Source: an uncultured Acidobacteriota bacterium
GTDB lineage: Bacteria; Acidobacteriota; Thermoanaerobaculia; Multivoradales; SZUA-115
Assembly: GCA_963805975.1 (NCBI GenBank)
Contig: CAWDVR010000003.1
Coordinates: 96,001 to 160,000 of the forward strand
Length of the DNA: 64,000 nucleotides
Direction: 5' to 3'
Positions within the stretch are counted from its first letter, which is position 1. Each line of letters opens with the position of its first letter. A model generated the notes under the pieces. It saw only the letters and a list, made by a program, of their open reading frames with translations, did not search any database and was not told the origin of the DNA. Position numbers and translations under genes: made by a program. Shown here piece by piece: positions 19,371 to 29,741 of the stretch.

Positions 19371-20659
19371 CGCTTCGGGGGTGGGAGGCGCGAGAGGTTC
19401 TCTCGCGCCTGGGTGTTGCCGGGATCGATCGCCAGCACCCTGTCGAGCAACGCTCGGCCGCCGGCCAGGTCCCCATGCTGCAAGAGGATCACCGCCAGGT
19501 TGTTGAGCGCCGGCACGTGCGTCGGGACCAGCTCCAGGGTGTGCTCGAAGGCGGCCTCGGCCCGCGGCAGGTCGCCGCGAATCATCGCCACCGTGGCCTG
19601 GTGGTACACGGCGTCCGGCTCCCGCGGGAAGGCTGCCGCCGCGGAGTCGGCCGCCCGCTGGGCCTCGTCCAATCGTTTCTCGGAGAGCAACAGGCTGATC
19701 TGGAGCAGCCGCGGCTCGAACAGCCCAGGCTGCGCCGCGATGTCCCTTGCGAGCTGCGCGAGGGCGTCGCCCGCTTTGCCGGCCTTGGCGAGCCCCAGGG
19801 CCTGATCGACGATCCGTCGGCCTTCCCGGGCGGCCGCCTCGGCCACCTCGGTGCGGAGCTTGCCCACGTCCACGGGCTCCGGCTGGCTCGCCTTCGCGAG
19901 CTCCCGGAAGTGGGCGAGCGCCGTCTCCGCGCCCGCCTTGTCTCCAGCGAGCCGCTGCGCCTGGGCGAGAGCCTGCCAGGCGGTGCCGTTCGCGGGCTCC
20001 ATCTCGACCACCCGGGCGAGAGCCTGAACGGCGTCGCCAGCCCGCCCGGCGGCGATGGCGATCCGGCCGTGCTCGAGGAGGATCTGTGCTGCCACTCCCG
20101 GCGGGATGGGCCTTTCGGGCGGGCCCCGGCCCAGGAGGGCGGCGACGAAAGGCGCCAGGACCTCCGTCGCCCGCTGCGCCTCGCCCTGGCGGTAGAGGGC
20201 GCGGGCGAGCGCCAGCGAGGTGGCCGCCTCGCCGGACGCGACCGGCGTGAGCCAGCGCTCGGCGTCCTCGTACCGGCCGGCGAGGAGCGCTGCCCGACCA
20301 CCTGCCCGCGCGACGGCCTTGGTGACGGCCGCGGGCGGCGCAGCGAGGAGCGGGCCGAGCGCCTCGAGCGCCTCGTTCGGATGCCGGCTCGCGAGCCACA
20401 GCTCCGCCCGCGCGAGCCGCTCCTCCGGGGTCCGCGGTGACGGCAGGTCTTTGGACGAGGTGTCTCCCGGGACCTGCGGGGCCCGGAGGGCGATCGCAAA
20501 CGGGTTGCCGGCCGCCGCGGCCGGTTCGAGAGCCCTGACCGCCGCAGCCTGGTCCCCGAGCTGGAGTTGCTCGATGGCGGGCAGGAGGGAGGGCGATGGG
20601 GCTTCAGCCGCCACCGGGAGCGTGCAGAGGAAGACGAGCGCGAAGGCCGGACCTGGCAT
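19367..20659 (-). CDS. Exported tetratricopeptide repeat protein
   Basis: Signal peptide and TPR repeats (ALNNLAVILL...LAIDPGNTQAREN); similar in architecture to 15997-17607. Confidence 0.85.
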   Translation of the reverse strand: MPGPAFALVFLCTLPVAAEAPSPSLLPAIEQLQLGDQAAAVRALEPAAAAGNPFAIALRAPQVPGDTSSKDLPSPRTPEERLARAELWLASRHPNEALEALGPLLAAPPAAVTKAVARAGGRAALLAGRYEDAERWLTPVASGEAATSLALARALYRQGEAQRATEVLAPFVAALLGRGPPERPIPPGVAAQILLEHGRIAIAAGRAGDAVQALARVVEMEPANGTAWQALAQAQRLAGDKAGAETALAHFRELAKASQPEPVDVGKLRTEVAEAAAREGRRIVDQALGLAKAGKAGDALAQLARDIAAQPGLFEPRLLQISLLLSEKRLDEAQRAADSAAAAFPREPDAVYHQATVAMIRGDLPRAEAAFEHTLELVPTHVPALNNLAVILLQHGDLAGGRALLDRVLAIDPGNTQARENLSRLPPPKR

Positions 20660-20788
20660 CGTCGTCTGATGAGGCTCGCGCTATCGCGCGTTTTTTCGAG
20701 GCGGGAGCTCGAGGGGGCACAAGGCACTCCCTCGAGCTGTTGGGGTGGGAGCGATGTGAGGAGATCGACTCGTAGCGAAAATCATTTC

Positions 20789-20804
20789 TGCAACCGGGAT
20801 GCCA
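20789..20804 (-). promoter_or_regulatory. Sigma54 (-24/-12) promoter candidate for the TPR gene
   Basis: Minus strand TGGCATCCCGGTTGCA = TGGCA..GG-N10-GC..TTGCA, about 130 bp upstream of the 20659 start. Confidence 0.65.
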
Positions 20805-20891
20805 CAGGGTTCAGGCGCCCGCCGGGCGGATTTGGCGCAGCGACCGTGGCTGGTGCAGGACGGAGCTGTGGCCGCCAGCGGACAGGAGCCG

Positions 20892-22067
20892 TCAATGAGG
20901 TACGTGGCAGAGCCAGCCCTTCAGGTATTCGCCCTCGGGATGGCGGATGTCGACCGGGTGGTCCGGGGCGGCCGCGAGCGGCGCGAGCAGAGAGGCCCGC
21001 ATACCGGCCTCATCCGCGGCGGCGAAGAGGATCTGTCGGAACAGGCGAGCATCCACCGCGCCGCTGCAGGTGAAAGTCAGGAAAAAGCCGCCCGGTGCCA
21101 CGCGGGCGAGGGCGAGGCGATTCAAATCCTTGTAGGCACGGCTGCCGCGGTCGAGGTCGCTACGCCGCGGCACCAGCGGCGGCGGATCGCAGATCACCAG
21201 GTCGTAGCGCTCGCGCCGCTGCCGCAGGTCGGCGAAGACGTCGGCCTCGACCCAGGCCAGTCGGCCGGCGTCGAGCGCGTTGACCGCGAGGTGGCGCGCC
21301 GCGACCGCCGCCAGGCGCGGCGCCGACTCGACGGCGGCCACGGCGCTGGCGCCACCCCGTAGGGCATAGGCGGCGAAGGCGCCGGTGTGAGCAAAGAGAT
21401 CGAGCACCGAGCGACCGGCCGCCAGCCGCTCGGCGAGCCGGCGGTTCTCCCGCTGGTCGCAGTAGAAGCCGGTCTTCTGCCCGCCCGCGACCTCGGCGCT
21501 GAAGGTGAGGCCGTGCTCGCTGAAAGTCGCCACTTCGCTGGGCGGCCCGGCAATCACCTCGTCGACCTCGGTCAGGCCTTCCTGGCGGCGGGCGCCCAGG
21601 CGGTTGCGCTGCAGGATGGAGGCACCGGGAAAGGCCGCACCGAGGGCGGCGTAGGCCTCGTGGCGCAGGCCCTCGAGGCCGCCGGCCGTGATCTGGCTGA
21701 CCAGCGTCTCCCCGAAGCGGTCGACGGTCCAGCCGGGGACGCCGTCGCCCTCGGCGTTGAGCACACGGTAGCCCGTGGTCTCGGGCGGCAGCACCGCCGC
21801 GCGCAGGGCCGCCGCCGCCGCCAGCCGGGTGGCGAAGAACGTACGGTCGAGATCCTCGAAGCCGCGGCCGACGAAGCGCACGGGAATGCGGGAGGAGGGC
21901 TGATAGAAACCGAGCCCCAGCTCCTCGCCGCTCGCGGTGAGCACGCGGGCGACGGGGCCCTCGCCGGGCTCGGCGCCCGCCACGGCGCCGGAGAAGATCC
22001 AGGGATGGCCGCGGCGGGCGGGTTTCTCCCGCCCGGCCTTCAATCGCACGCGCACCGGCTCGTTCAT
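20892..22067 (-). CDS. rlmI: Class I SAM-dependent rRNA methyltransferase (RlmI/RlmK family)
   Basis: RGHPWIFSG PUA-like N-terminus, NAEGDGVPG, GQKTGFYCDQRENR, VLDLFAHTGAF, DPPP, TFTCS, DHP..PEGEYLKG. Confidence 0.88.
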   Translation of the reverse strand: MNEPVRVRLKAGREKPARRGHPWIFSGAVAGAEPGEGPVARVLTASGEELGLGFYQPSSRIPVRFVGRGFEDLDRTFFATRLAAAAALRAAVLPPETTGYRVLNAEGDGVPGWTVDRFGETLVSQITAGGLEGLRHEAYAALGAAFPGASILQRNRLGARRQEGLTEVDEVIAGPPSEVATFSEHGLTFSAEVAGGQKTGFYCDQRENRRLAERLAAGRSVLDLFAHTGAFAAYALRGGASAVAAVESAPRLAAVAARHLAVNALDAGRLAWVEADVFADLRQRRERYDLVICDPPPLVPRRSDLDRGSRAYKDLNRLALARVAPGGFFLTFTCSGAVDARLFRQILFAAADEAGMRASLLAPLAAAPDHPVDIRHPEGEYLKGWLCHVPH

Positions 22068-22092
22068 GCGGGTGCTCGGGCGCTCGATCCCT

Positions 22093-24288
22093 CTACCTGG
22101 CGACCGTGAGCTCGGCCGAGCTCGAGCCGCTCTTGCCCGTGCCCTGGTCGGTCACCGCCACCTCCAGCCGGTAGCGCCCGGGCGCCAGCCCCGAGTACTT
22201 GAGACCGACGAGCAGCGTCTCCGAGCCGGGGATGGAGCCCGGCGAGCGCTCGATCTTGCCCACTTCGAGGCCTCGCTGCGCGACACCCTCGGCGGAGAAG
22301 AGCTTGACGTCCGCGGCGAGCGGCCCCTGGCCGAGGTTGAAGGCGATGACCGGCACCTGCGTCTCGCCCTGGGACTTCCAGGCCGGCGCCGCCGAGGGCA
22401 GGTACGGCTGGTCCTTCAGCACGAACGGGAAGGGCACGTTGCGCTGCCGTTCCGGGACCTCGCGCACCATCAGCCACTTGCCGAGCGGTTCGGGGAAGGT
22501 CGGGGGAGCGAGGCTCAGCTCCCCCTTGGCGTAGTCCGGCACGGTGACCGGCACCACCTCGAGGGAGGATCTCCCGGTCTCCAGGTTGCGCACCAGCACA
22601 CGCACCGAGTACTCGCCGGGGTCGAGGTCGAGGTGGCCGTAGTACTTGAGGCCGGTCTGCTTCATCAGCTCGCCGGCCTGCTTCATGTCCACGCCCAGGG
22701 TCTGGGCGAAGAAATCGTGCACCGAGCCGGCAGCGTCGAGGGCATAGGCGTAGACCTCGAGCGGCAGCATGGCGCCCTTCGAGCCCAAGGTCAGGCTCTT
22801 GCCGTTGGCCTCGATCAGCACCGGCACGTAGGCCTTGCCTTCCGGGACACGGTAGGGCGCCGCCACCACCGCGGTCTCGAGCGCGCCGCCGGCGGCTCCG
22901 AACAGATCGTTGGCGCTGCGCAGGTTGCGTTCCAGCTTGCTCTGCTGCGTGAGCGGCGTCGGCGCGTAGTAGCCCGGGCGGTGCTGGACCTCGGCGCCCT
23001 TGGGCCCGTTCTTGAGCCGCACCTTGAGCCCGTGGTAGTTGCCGTCGCTCTTCAAGTCCTCCGGCTGCACGGCGAGGAGGTAGGTGACGCTGGTCTTCTC
23101 GAGCAGCCGCTCCATGGCCTCTGACAGGTCGTTGAAGTTGCGGTACACCTCGCCACCGGTTTCGCTCGCCATCTGTGTCAGCACGCTGACCCCCGAGGTG
23201 GTGGCCCGGACGCTGCCGCCCGCCTTCAAGCCCCCGATGTCGATCGCGTGGATGGTGCAGTTGGCGCGCCTGAAAGCCTGCAGCGCCCGCTGCAGGTCGC
23301 CCTGCACCTTGCCGCTGCCGTACATGTCGTCGCTCTGTACCCGGTACGACTCCCCGCCGGCGATGCTCTCGCTGGCGGAGGGAGAGGCGGCGTTGGCGCT
23401 GTCGATCGGCGAGTCGCCGAGACCCCGGTCGCCGCCGTTGATGGAGGCCGTGCCACCGGCGCCCACCAGCAGCTTCTCGTCGAAGCCCTCGGAGAGATAG
23501 ACCACGATCTTGCGGCCTTCCACGGCGTCGAGCACGCGGCCGAGCTCCGCCAACTGGCGGGTCATGTTGGTCACCCGGTCCTGCTGCTCGCGGCGCTCCG
23601 ACCGGCTCGTCAGGGTGTACACGTCATCGAGATAGGTGCGCACCGCCTCGGCGGTTGCTCTCTCTTGGCGGCCTCCGCCGGAGCCACCGTCGGAGCTGTT
23701 CGAGTCCAGGCTGGTGAGGACGATGCCCAACGGGTCGGCGGCGGCCATGCGGTCGTTCCGCGTCGCGCCGAGGGTCTCGAGCGCCATCTTGAGCTGGGTG
23801 CGGTCGGAGGTGAAGTTGAGGACCACGTTGAGCCCGCCCGGCGAGGCGTAGGTGACGACCGCCGCCAGATCCTGGGGCTTCAAGTCCGAGGCCACCATCT
23901 CCCGGGCCGCGTCCCGCGCCCGCAGCACGGCGCTGGGCTCGGAGAACGAGAGGTCGAAGAGCAGCAGGAAGTGGCGGCGGCTGGCGGTGGGAAGCGAGCG
24001 CGTCTGGGCGGCACCGCCCTCCGTCCCCGGGGTCGCTCCCAGGTCGATGACCTCGAAGCCGACGATCGGTTGCACCTTGCGGCCGTCCACGACCTCGAAG
24101 TTGTCGACCGTCAGGCCGCGCACGGGCTCGCCGTTCACGGTGACGTTGACCGGGACCTCGATGGCCACCACCGTCGCGGTGTCGTCAAAGCCCTTCTTCT
24201 GCCCTTCAGCGAGCGGCGCGAGAAGCAGGACGGCGGCGACGAGTGGTATCCAGGTGCCCTTCGGCTTGCGGTTCGAGCGGTGCTTCAC
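22093..24288 (-). CDS. Exported VWA domain protein (acidobacterial VWFA-related type)
   Basis: VNVTVNGEPVRGLTVDNFEV, MIDAS-like FDLSFS, GRKIVVYLSEG, MASETGG, YLLAVQP, HRPGYYA. Confidence 0.9.
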   Translation of the reverse strand: MKHRSNRKPKGTWIPLVAAVLLLAPLAEGQKKGFDDTATVVAIEVPVNVTVNGEPVRGLTVDNFEVVDGRKVQPIVGFEVIDLGATPGTEGGAAQTRSLPTASRRHFLLLFDLSFSEPSAVLRARDAAREMVASDLKPQDLAAVVTYASPGGLNVVLNFTSDRTQLKMALETLGATRNDRMAAADPLGIVLTSLDSNSSDGGSGGGRQERATAEAVRTYLDDVYTLTSRSERREQQDRVTNMTRQLAELGRVLDAVEGRKIVVYLSEGFDEKLLVGAGGTASINGGDRGLGDSPIDSANAASPSASESIAGGESYRVQSDDMYGSGKVQGDLQRALQAFRRANCTIHAIDIGGLKAGGSVRATTSGVSVLTQMASETGGEVYRNFNDLSEAMERLLEKTSVTYLLAVQPEDLKSDGNYHGLKVRLKNGPKGAEVQHRPGYYAPTPLTQQSKLERNLRSANDLFGAAGGALETAVVAAPYRVPEGKAYVPVLIEANGKSLTLGSKGAMLPLEVYAYALDAAGSVHDFFAQTLGVDMKQAGELMKQTGLKYYGHLDLDPGEYSVRVLVRNLETGRSSLEVVPVTVPDYAKGELSLAPPTFPEPLGKWLMVREVPERQRNVPFPFVLKDQPYLPSAAPAWKSQGETQVPVIAFNLGQGPLAADVKLFSAEGVAQRGLEVGKIERSPGSIPGSETLLVGLKYSGLAPGRYRLEVAVTDQGTGKSGSSSAELTVAR

Positions 24289-24465
24289 GGCAGCCTCCTT
24301 CGAGTGTCCGTGGTCACTCTATCAGGGCGTTTTCCACGGCCCAGGTCAGCAGGTCAGGAAACGAGTCACCGGCAAGTGATTCATCGGAGAACCAGCAAGA
24401 GTCGAGCCAGACAGTGGCCGGCACACGACCTGGCCGCGAGCGCTCGCACCGAGCCGGCGCGCGGC

Positions 24466-24493
24466 AAAACGCCCTCTCCGAGCGACAGGGCGT
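24466..24493 (-). terminator. Candidate intrinsic terminator between the two VWA genes
   Basis: Minus strand ACGCCCT-loop-AGGGCGT followed by a short T run, right after the 24496 stop. Confidence 0.5.
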
Positions 24494-24495
24494 GG

Positions 24496-26724
24496 CTAGT
24501 TGGGGACGCTGAAGGGAATCGAGTTCGACAGCGAGCGTCCGGTGGCCGGGTCGACCAGCGCCACCTTCAGCGTGTAGTGGCCCGCCGCGAGGCCCGAGGG
24601 CGCGAAGCGGGCGAGCAGCTTGTCGAGGCCGAGAATGCCGGTCGCGGTGCGCTCGACCAGCTCGAGCCGCCCGCCCGCCATGGTCTCGCCCACGGAGTTG
24701 ACCACTTCGCCGTCCAGGGTCACCGCGCCGTCGCTCAGGTTGTAGGCCACCAGGCAGAAGTTGGCGTCCTCGTCGCGGCCGATCTCCGGGCGCACGGCCG
24801 GCACGTACGGCTGGCCGTTGATGGTGAAGGGGTAGACCGTGGAGCTGCCGGCCCGGATGTCCTGCCGCTCCCGCACCAGGAGCCAGCGTCCGGGCTCCTC
24901 GAGGAAGAAGGGGGGCAGCATCACGGTCTCCTGCTGCTCGAAGGAGGGCACCGAGAGCGGCACGGCCTTGACCGCCGCTCTGCCGGAGGTGGCGTTGCGC
25001 ACCAGCACGCGTACCAGGTAGTCGCCGGGCGCCAGCTCCAGGTGGCCGTAGTACTTGAGGCCCTTGCCGGTCAGCAGCTCGCGCCCGCGGGAGATGTCGA
25101 GCTTCACCTGCTGCGTGAAGAAACCCTTCATCTCGCCCTTGCCGTCGGTGACGTAGACGTAGATCTCGACCGGCAGGGCGTTCTGGCCGTGGCCGGCCAG
25201 CAGGCTCTTGCCGTCGACCTCGACGATCACCGGCACGTACGCCCAGTCGCGGGTGGCGCGGAAGGCGGCGGCGAGCACGTCGAGCCCGAAGTCCGCGGCG
25301 GGTGCGGCGGTGGCGATCGCTTCGGAGGCCAGGAGCTCTTTCTCCAACGGATCGAGCTCGGAGAAGGGCCGTGGAGCGTAGTAGCCCTGGCGGTAGGAGA
25401 GCCGGCGGTCGTCACCCGCCCCCTTTTCCTTGAGCCTGTTCTCCTTGAGCTTGACCCGCAGGCGCCGGAACTCGCCGCTGGTCGCGAGCTCCGAGGGAGT
25501 GAAGGTCAAGAGGTAGGTCACGGAGCTGCGCTCCAGGACGCGCTCAAGCTGGGACTCGAGGTTGTTGGCGTCCTTGAAGAGCTCGCCGCCGGTCTCGTGG
25601 GCCATGTAGAACAGGCCCTCCTGACCGGAGTTGATCGGGCCGCCCTCACGCGCGCTGCCGCCCGCCCGCAAGCCACCGATGTCCACGGCCTGGATGACGC
25701 AGTCGGCGCGGCGGAACTCCTGCACCATTTCGCTCAGGCGGCTCTGCAGCTCGGTGTTGCCGTACACGTCGTCGGCATCGACGCGGTACATCTCGCCGCG
25801 TTGGATCTGGAGCTGGCGCTGGTCGCCGCTCGAGATGTCCGCGAGCGGCGTTCCCGTGAGCAGCCGGCTGTCGAAGCCCTCGGAGAAGAGGACGATCTGC
25901 TTGCGCCCGTCGATGGCGCTCATCTTGCGCGCCATCTCGCCCAGCGAGCGCGAGAAGGACGTGATCTGGCTGCGCTTGAAGCTGCGCTCGCTCTTGTCGA
26001 GCTGCTCGGCCAGGATCGCCATGTGCTCGCGCACCGCGGCGCTCCGGTCGCCCCTGATGTCAGGGTTGGTCGAGTTGACGGCCTGGCTCGAATCGTGGCC
26101 GGGCAGCCGGGTGGGCTCGATCAGGAACCGCAACGGGTCGAGCTCGGTGCTGCGGAAGAGACCCAGGCTGTCGATCGCCTGCGCCACCTGCGCGCGGTCC
26201 GGGGTGAAGGTGACCACCAGACGCGGCCCGGTCTCGAGGGAGTATGTGGCGACAGCCACGAGGTCAGTGGGGTGCATCTGCTGCAGCACGAAGTCGCGCG
26301 CGGCGACCCGCGCCTTGAGCACTGCCGAGGGATTGGAGAACGAGATGTCGAAAAGCAGCAGGAAATGACGGCGGGAAGAGGAGGGGAAGTGCCGCTCGAC
26401 GGGCGACGGCAGGCCCTCGACCGAGGCGAGATCGATGACCTCGAAATCGGTCAGCCTTTGTAGCTTGCCCTCGTCGTAGATCTCGAAGTCTTCGGCGGTC
26501 AAGCCCGGCACCGGCGTCCCGTTCTTGTCGACGACGTTGACCGGGACCTCCACGGCGACGACGCGCGCCGTTTCGTCGAAGCCCCGGCCCTTGCGCGCCG
26601 GTTGCGCAGGGGCCGAGTCTTGGGCGGCGCTGGCGGAGTGAGCCGGGGCGCCCGCGAGGGCCGCGCCCACGACTGCAATCGAAAGCATCAGGCTAGCGAT
26701 GCGATGACCCATGGCTGATTGCAC
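24496..26724 (-). CDS. Exported VWA domain protein (acidobacterial type), paralog of 22093-24288
   Basis: VNVVDKNGTPVPGLTAEDFEI, FDISFS, GRKQIVLFSEG, MAHETGG, YRQGYYA; shares GLKYYGHL and YxVRVLVRN with its neighbour. Confidence 0.9.
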   Translation of the reverse strand: MQSAMGHRIASLMLSIAVVGAALAGAPAHSASAAQDSAPAQPARKGRGFDETARVVAVEVPVNVVDKNGTPVPGLTAEDFEIYDEGKLQRLTDFEVIDLASVEGLPSPVERHFPSSSRRHFLLLFDISFSNPSAVLKARVAARDFVLQQMHPTDLVAVATYSLETGPRLVVTFTPDRAQVAQAIDSLGLFRSTELDPLRFLIEPTRLPGHDSSQAVNSTNPDIRGDRSAAVREHMAILAEQLDKSERSFKRSQITSFSRSLGEMARKMSAIDGRKQIVLFSEGFDSRLLTGTPLADISSGDQRQLQIQRGEMYRVDADDVYGNTELQSRLSEMVQEFRRADCVIQAVDIGGLRAGGSAREGGPINSGQEGLFYMAHETGGELFKDANNLESQLERVLERSSVTYLLTFTPSELATSGEFRRLRVKLKENRLKEKGAGDDRRLSYRQGYYAPRPFSELDPLEKELLASEAIATAAPAADFGLDVLAAAFRATRDWAYVPVIVEVDGKSLLAGHGQNALPVEIYVYVTDGKGEMKGFFTQQVKLDISRGRELLTGKGLKYYGHLELAPGDYLVRVLVRNATSGRAAVKAVPLSVPSFEQQETVMLPPFFLEEPGRWLLVRERQDIRAGSSTVYPFTINGQPYVPAVRPEIGRDEDANFCLVAYNLSDGAVTLDGEVVNSVGETMAGGRLELVERTATGILGLDKLLARFAPSGLAAGHYTLKVALVDPATGRSLSNSIPFSVPN

Positions 26725-26838
26725 AGTGTAGTCCTTCTCTCAGATGGTGACAATTGCCACGGCAGGTCGATTTGCCTGCGCTGGTAAAGTGCGCGGTGCG
26801 TTCTGCCGGCTCAAAAAATTGGAGGACGATCCATCACG

Positions 26839-28311
26839 ATGGAGAAGCACAAAAGAGCCCGCGCGCGCATCGAACGGCAGGTGACGGACCCCGTCGCGAA
26901 GCATGCCGTTCCCTCGCCGCGCGTGGCGGCGGCGCTGGTCTTTCTGTGGGCCTGCCTGGTGCACGGGGTGGCGCTCGCCGCCAACCCTCTCGCCCGCTCC
27001 CCGGTCTCGGCCTTCTTCTTCGGCGACGGCCCGATCTACCTCGAGCAGGGGCGGCGCCTGGCCGAGGGGCTGCCGCTGCTCAACTTCGGCCTGCCCTACC
27101 ATCCGCCGCTCGTGGCGTGGCTGTGCGCGCCTCTGTGGTGGATCTTCGGGGAGCCGGCCCCGGTTTTCCTGACGGCCAAAATCGCGATGATCGCGCTCTG
27201 CGCCGCCGGGTACGCGCTCTTCTACCTGCGGCTCCGTGAGCGGTTGCCGCAGGCGCTCCTCGTCTGCCTCTTCCTGCCGCTCAACTTCGGTGAGCTGGCG
27301 CTGGCCTCGACAGTGTCGAGCGAGATGGTCTACCGGGCCCTGCTCCTGGTCGTGCTGCTCCTGGGCTGGCGCCTGCCGGTGGTGGGCGGTGTCCTCCATG
27401 CTCTGGCGGCGCTGGCGCGGCCCGAGCACTTGGGGTTCGGCCTGCTCGCCGCCGCGGGCACGCTTTTCTGGGTGCCGGAGAGAAGGCGCTTCGTGGGGCT
27501 GGCAGCCGTCGGCGCCGCCTTGGTGCTCGTCCCCTACACCCTGGTCAATGCGCGCACGCTCTCGCACTACAACCGCGCCCATGCCGCCGAGCTGCGCGAG
27601 CCGTTGCCGGTTTGGGTGCCGATCTCGTTCTATGGCCCCCTCAACTTCGCACTCGCCCAGCGCGAGGAAGACATTCACTTCTCGCGCTCGACTCTGCCGC
27701 CGGCGCCCGGTGACCCGGCCGCTCTCGACCCGACGTTTCCGCCGCACAACGAGGTGATCGTCGACGGCTATCGCCTGGGATTCGCGGCCATCGCCAGCGA
27801 GCCCGGCCGTTTCCTCTCCCGGACGGCGGCCAAGCTTGGCCACTCGCTCTCGGCACTGGGCTTCGGATGGACCTGGCGCGACCTTCCCAGGGCCGGCGGC
27901 TGGGTGCGGCAGCCGGTCGACGTGGCGAGCGCCGAGAGCCCGTTCTACCTGGGCTGCTGCCTGGTGCTCACCGGCCTCGGGGCCTGGGCGCTGCGCGGGG
28001 ATCGCCGCCTGCTCGCGGCCGGGCTGGCGCTCCTCCTCTATCGACTCGGTGTCAACGCCGTCTTCTTCCCCTATCTGCGGGGGATGATGGTCATCGCGCC
28101 CCTCTACCTGGCCTTCCAGGTGGAGGGACTCGCCTGGCTGCTGCGCAAACATGCCGGGCGCGGCCTCGCGGTGATCCTCGTCCTGCTCTCGACTTACCAC
28201 TTGACGACCGTGTGGACCGGCAGCGGCGAGCTGCGGCTCTCGGGGGAGCGTTCCGCCGGCGGCACCATCCTCGACGACCGGCCGGTGGTGATCGAGCGGT
28301 CCGGCGACTGA
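26839..28311 (+). CDS. Polytopic membrane protein, GT-C/ArnT-like glycosyltransferase candidate
   Basis: GDGPIY..YHPPL first loop, SSEMVY, ALARPE and many TM segments; start uncertain. Confidence 0.6.
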   Translation: MEKHKRARARIERQVTDPVAKHAVPSPRVAAALVFLWACLVHGVALAANPLARSPVSAFFFGDGPIYLEQGRRLAEGLPLLNFGLPYHPPLVAWLCAPLWWIFGEPAPVFLTAKIAMIALCAAGYALFYLRLRERLPQALLVCLFLPLNFGELALASTVSSEMVYRALLLVVLLLGWRLPVVGGVLHALAALARPEHLGFGLLAAAGTLFWVPERRRFVGLAAVGAALVLVPYTLVNARTLSHYNRAHAAELREPLPVWVPISFYGPLNFALAQREEDIHFSRSTLPPAPGDPAALDPTFPPHNEVIVDGYRLGFAAIASEPGRFLSRTAAKLGHSLSALGFGWTWRDLPRAGGWVRQPVDVASAESPFYLGCCLVLTGLGAWALRGDRRLLAAGLALLLYRLGVNAVFFPYLRGMMVIAPLYLAFQVEGLAWLLRKHAGRGLAVILVLLSTYHLTTVWTGSGELRLSGERSAGGTILDDRPVVIERSGD

Positions 28312-28345
28312 ACGGTCCGCGAGGTGACCCTGGACCGCACCGTCC

Positions 28346-29509
28346 CTACGGCTTTGGGCCGTCTCCGCTCGCCATCAGGCCCAGCATCAGCACGTAGCGC
28401 CGCGCTTCGGGGTTGGTGGCGTCGAGCTTCAGGGCGCGCTCCAGATGGTGGCGCGCCTTCTCGACTTCACCGGTGGCGAGGTAGACCTTGACCAGACCGA
28501 GCTGCACCTCCGGCACCTCGCTGTCGCGGCGCAACGCCTCGGTCATGTACTGGAGCGCAGCGGTGTGGTCACCGCGGGAGAGCGCGACCTCGGACTGGTA
28601 GATGAAGAAGAACGGGTTGCTGTTGTTGGCGCTGTCCACCTTGGCCAGGGTGGCGGCGGCCTCGTCGGGCCGGCCGAGATCCTGGTAGGTGCGGGAGAGG
28701 TTGGAGAGCAAGGCGACGTCCTGAGGCTCGACCTCGAGCCCCGCGAGGTAGGTACCGACCGCCTTGTCCAGGTCTCCGCTGCGCGCGTAGGCGACACCCA
28801 GGTTGTTGATCGCCTTGACGAAGGTGGGCGCGATCTGGTGCGCCACCTGGAGCGTCCCCAGAGCGCGCTCGACCTCGCCGTTCATCAGCGCCTCGGCGCC
28901 GAGGTTGTTGTAGAAATGCGCCGCCGCGGTCAGGTCGTCGACAGGCTTGAAGTCCTTGTAGGCCTTGGCCCGGTAGGGCAAGAAATCGTACGTCTTGAGC
29001 TTCCCCTTGACGTACATTCCGGCGACGATGTGGCCGCGGCTGACCACCAGCCCGTCCTTGTAGTTCCACCGCTGATAGTCGGTGACCTCGACGTAGAACG
29101 GGCTCAGCCGCTGGTGCCTGGCCACGCCGACGAACAGGTTGACGAACGACAGGCAGTTACCCTGGTGGGAACGGAAGGTCTCCACCGCGTTCCGCGTGGG
29201 GTTCAGCGAATACTGGAGGTCTATGCGGTCGAAGATGAAGTCGAGCGTCTGATCGACGCGCCGCAGCTCGTTGGGCCCCGGCTTGTAGCTCGCGGCGAGG
29301 ATCCCGAGGATCTCGCCGTCGAGGGCGAACGGCACCTCGAGCGCCCGGGCCGGCTCGGGCCCCAGTCGTTTCGCGTACTCGCCGCGCAGGAATGCGACGC
29401 TGTCGAACGGCTTGTACTGGGTACAGCCGCCGATCGTGAGGAGAATGGAGGCGGCGCAGGCCAGCCGGGAAATAGCGGCGCAAAGGATTCGGGTATCTGT
29501 TCTGCCCAT
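28346..29509 (-). CDS. Lipoprotein with transglutaminase-like domain and TPR repeats
   Basis: Lipobox-like IGGC; GNCLSFVNLF (Cys), GHIVAG (His), YDF (Asp); then FYNNLGAEAL and INNLGVAY TPRs. Confidence 0.82.
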   Translation of the reverse strand: MGRTDTRILCAAISRLACAASILLTIGGCTQYKPFDSVAFLRGEYAKRLGPEPARALEVPFALDGEILGILAASYKPGPNELRRVDQTLDFIFDRIDLQYSLNPTRNAVETFRSHQGNCLSFVNLFVGVARHQRLSPFYVEVTDYQRWNYKDGLVVSRGHIVAGMYVKGKLKTYDFLPYRAKAYKDFKPVDDLTAAAHFYNNLGAEALMNGEVERALGTLQVAHQIAPTFVKAINNLGVAYARSGDLDKAVGTYLAGLEVEPQDVALLSNLSRTYQDLGRPDEAAATLAKVDSANNSNPFFFIYQSEVALSRGDHTAALQYMTEALRRDSEVPEVQLGLVKVYLATGEVEKARHHLERALKLDATNPEARRYVLMLGLMASGDGPKP

Positions 29510-29604
29510 GAGAGAATCCGGCGTTGCAAGAATCGTACACCCGATGGCAGCCGGTGCCTGCAAGCCCGCGAGAGCCTTCGCCTGCACCCGCTCGGGGGAG
29601 GCGA

Positions 29605-29640
29605 TCCAAGTGCTTGGAGAGAGCCGTCCAAGCCCTTGGA
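29605..29640. promoter_or_regulatory. Tandem palindromes TCCAAG-N2-CTTGGA (candidate enhancer-binding-protein sites)
   Basis: TCCAAGTGCTTGGA at 29605-29618 and TCCAAGCCCTTGGA at 29627-29640, 22 bp apart and about 85-120 bp upstream of a sigma54 promoter. Confidence 0.65.
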
Positions 29641-29725
29641 GGGAGTGCTGATTGGATTCTTGGGCTCAGCCTGTAAACCACAGAACCTAAAAGACTTGCC
29701 AGATCCTGCCAGGCCCGGTTTGCAG

Positions 29726-29741
29726 TGGCACCCGGCTTGCT
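29726..29741 (+). promoter_or_regulatory. Sigma54 (-24/-12) promoter upstream of the TonB-dependent receptor
   Basis: TGGCACCCGGCTTGCT matches the TGGCAC-N5-TTGCW consensus. Confidence 0.8.
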
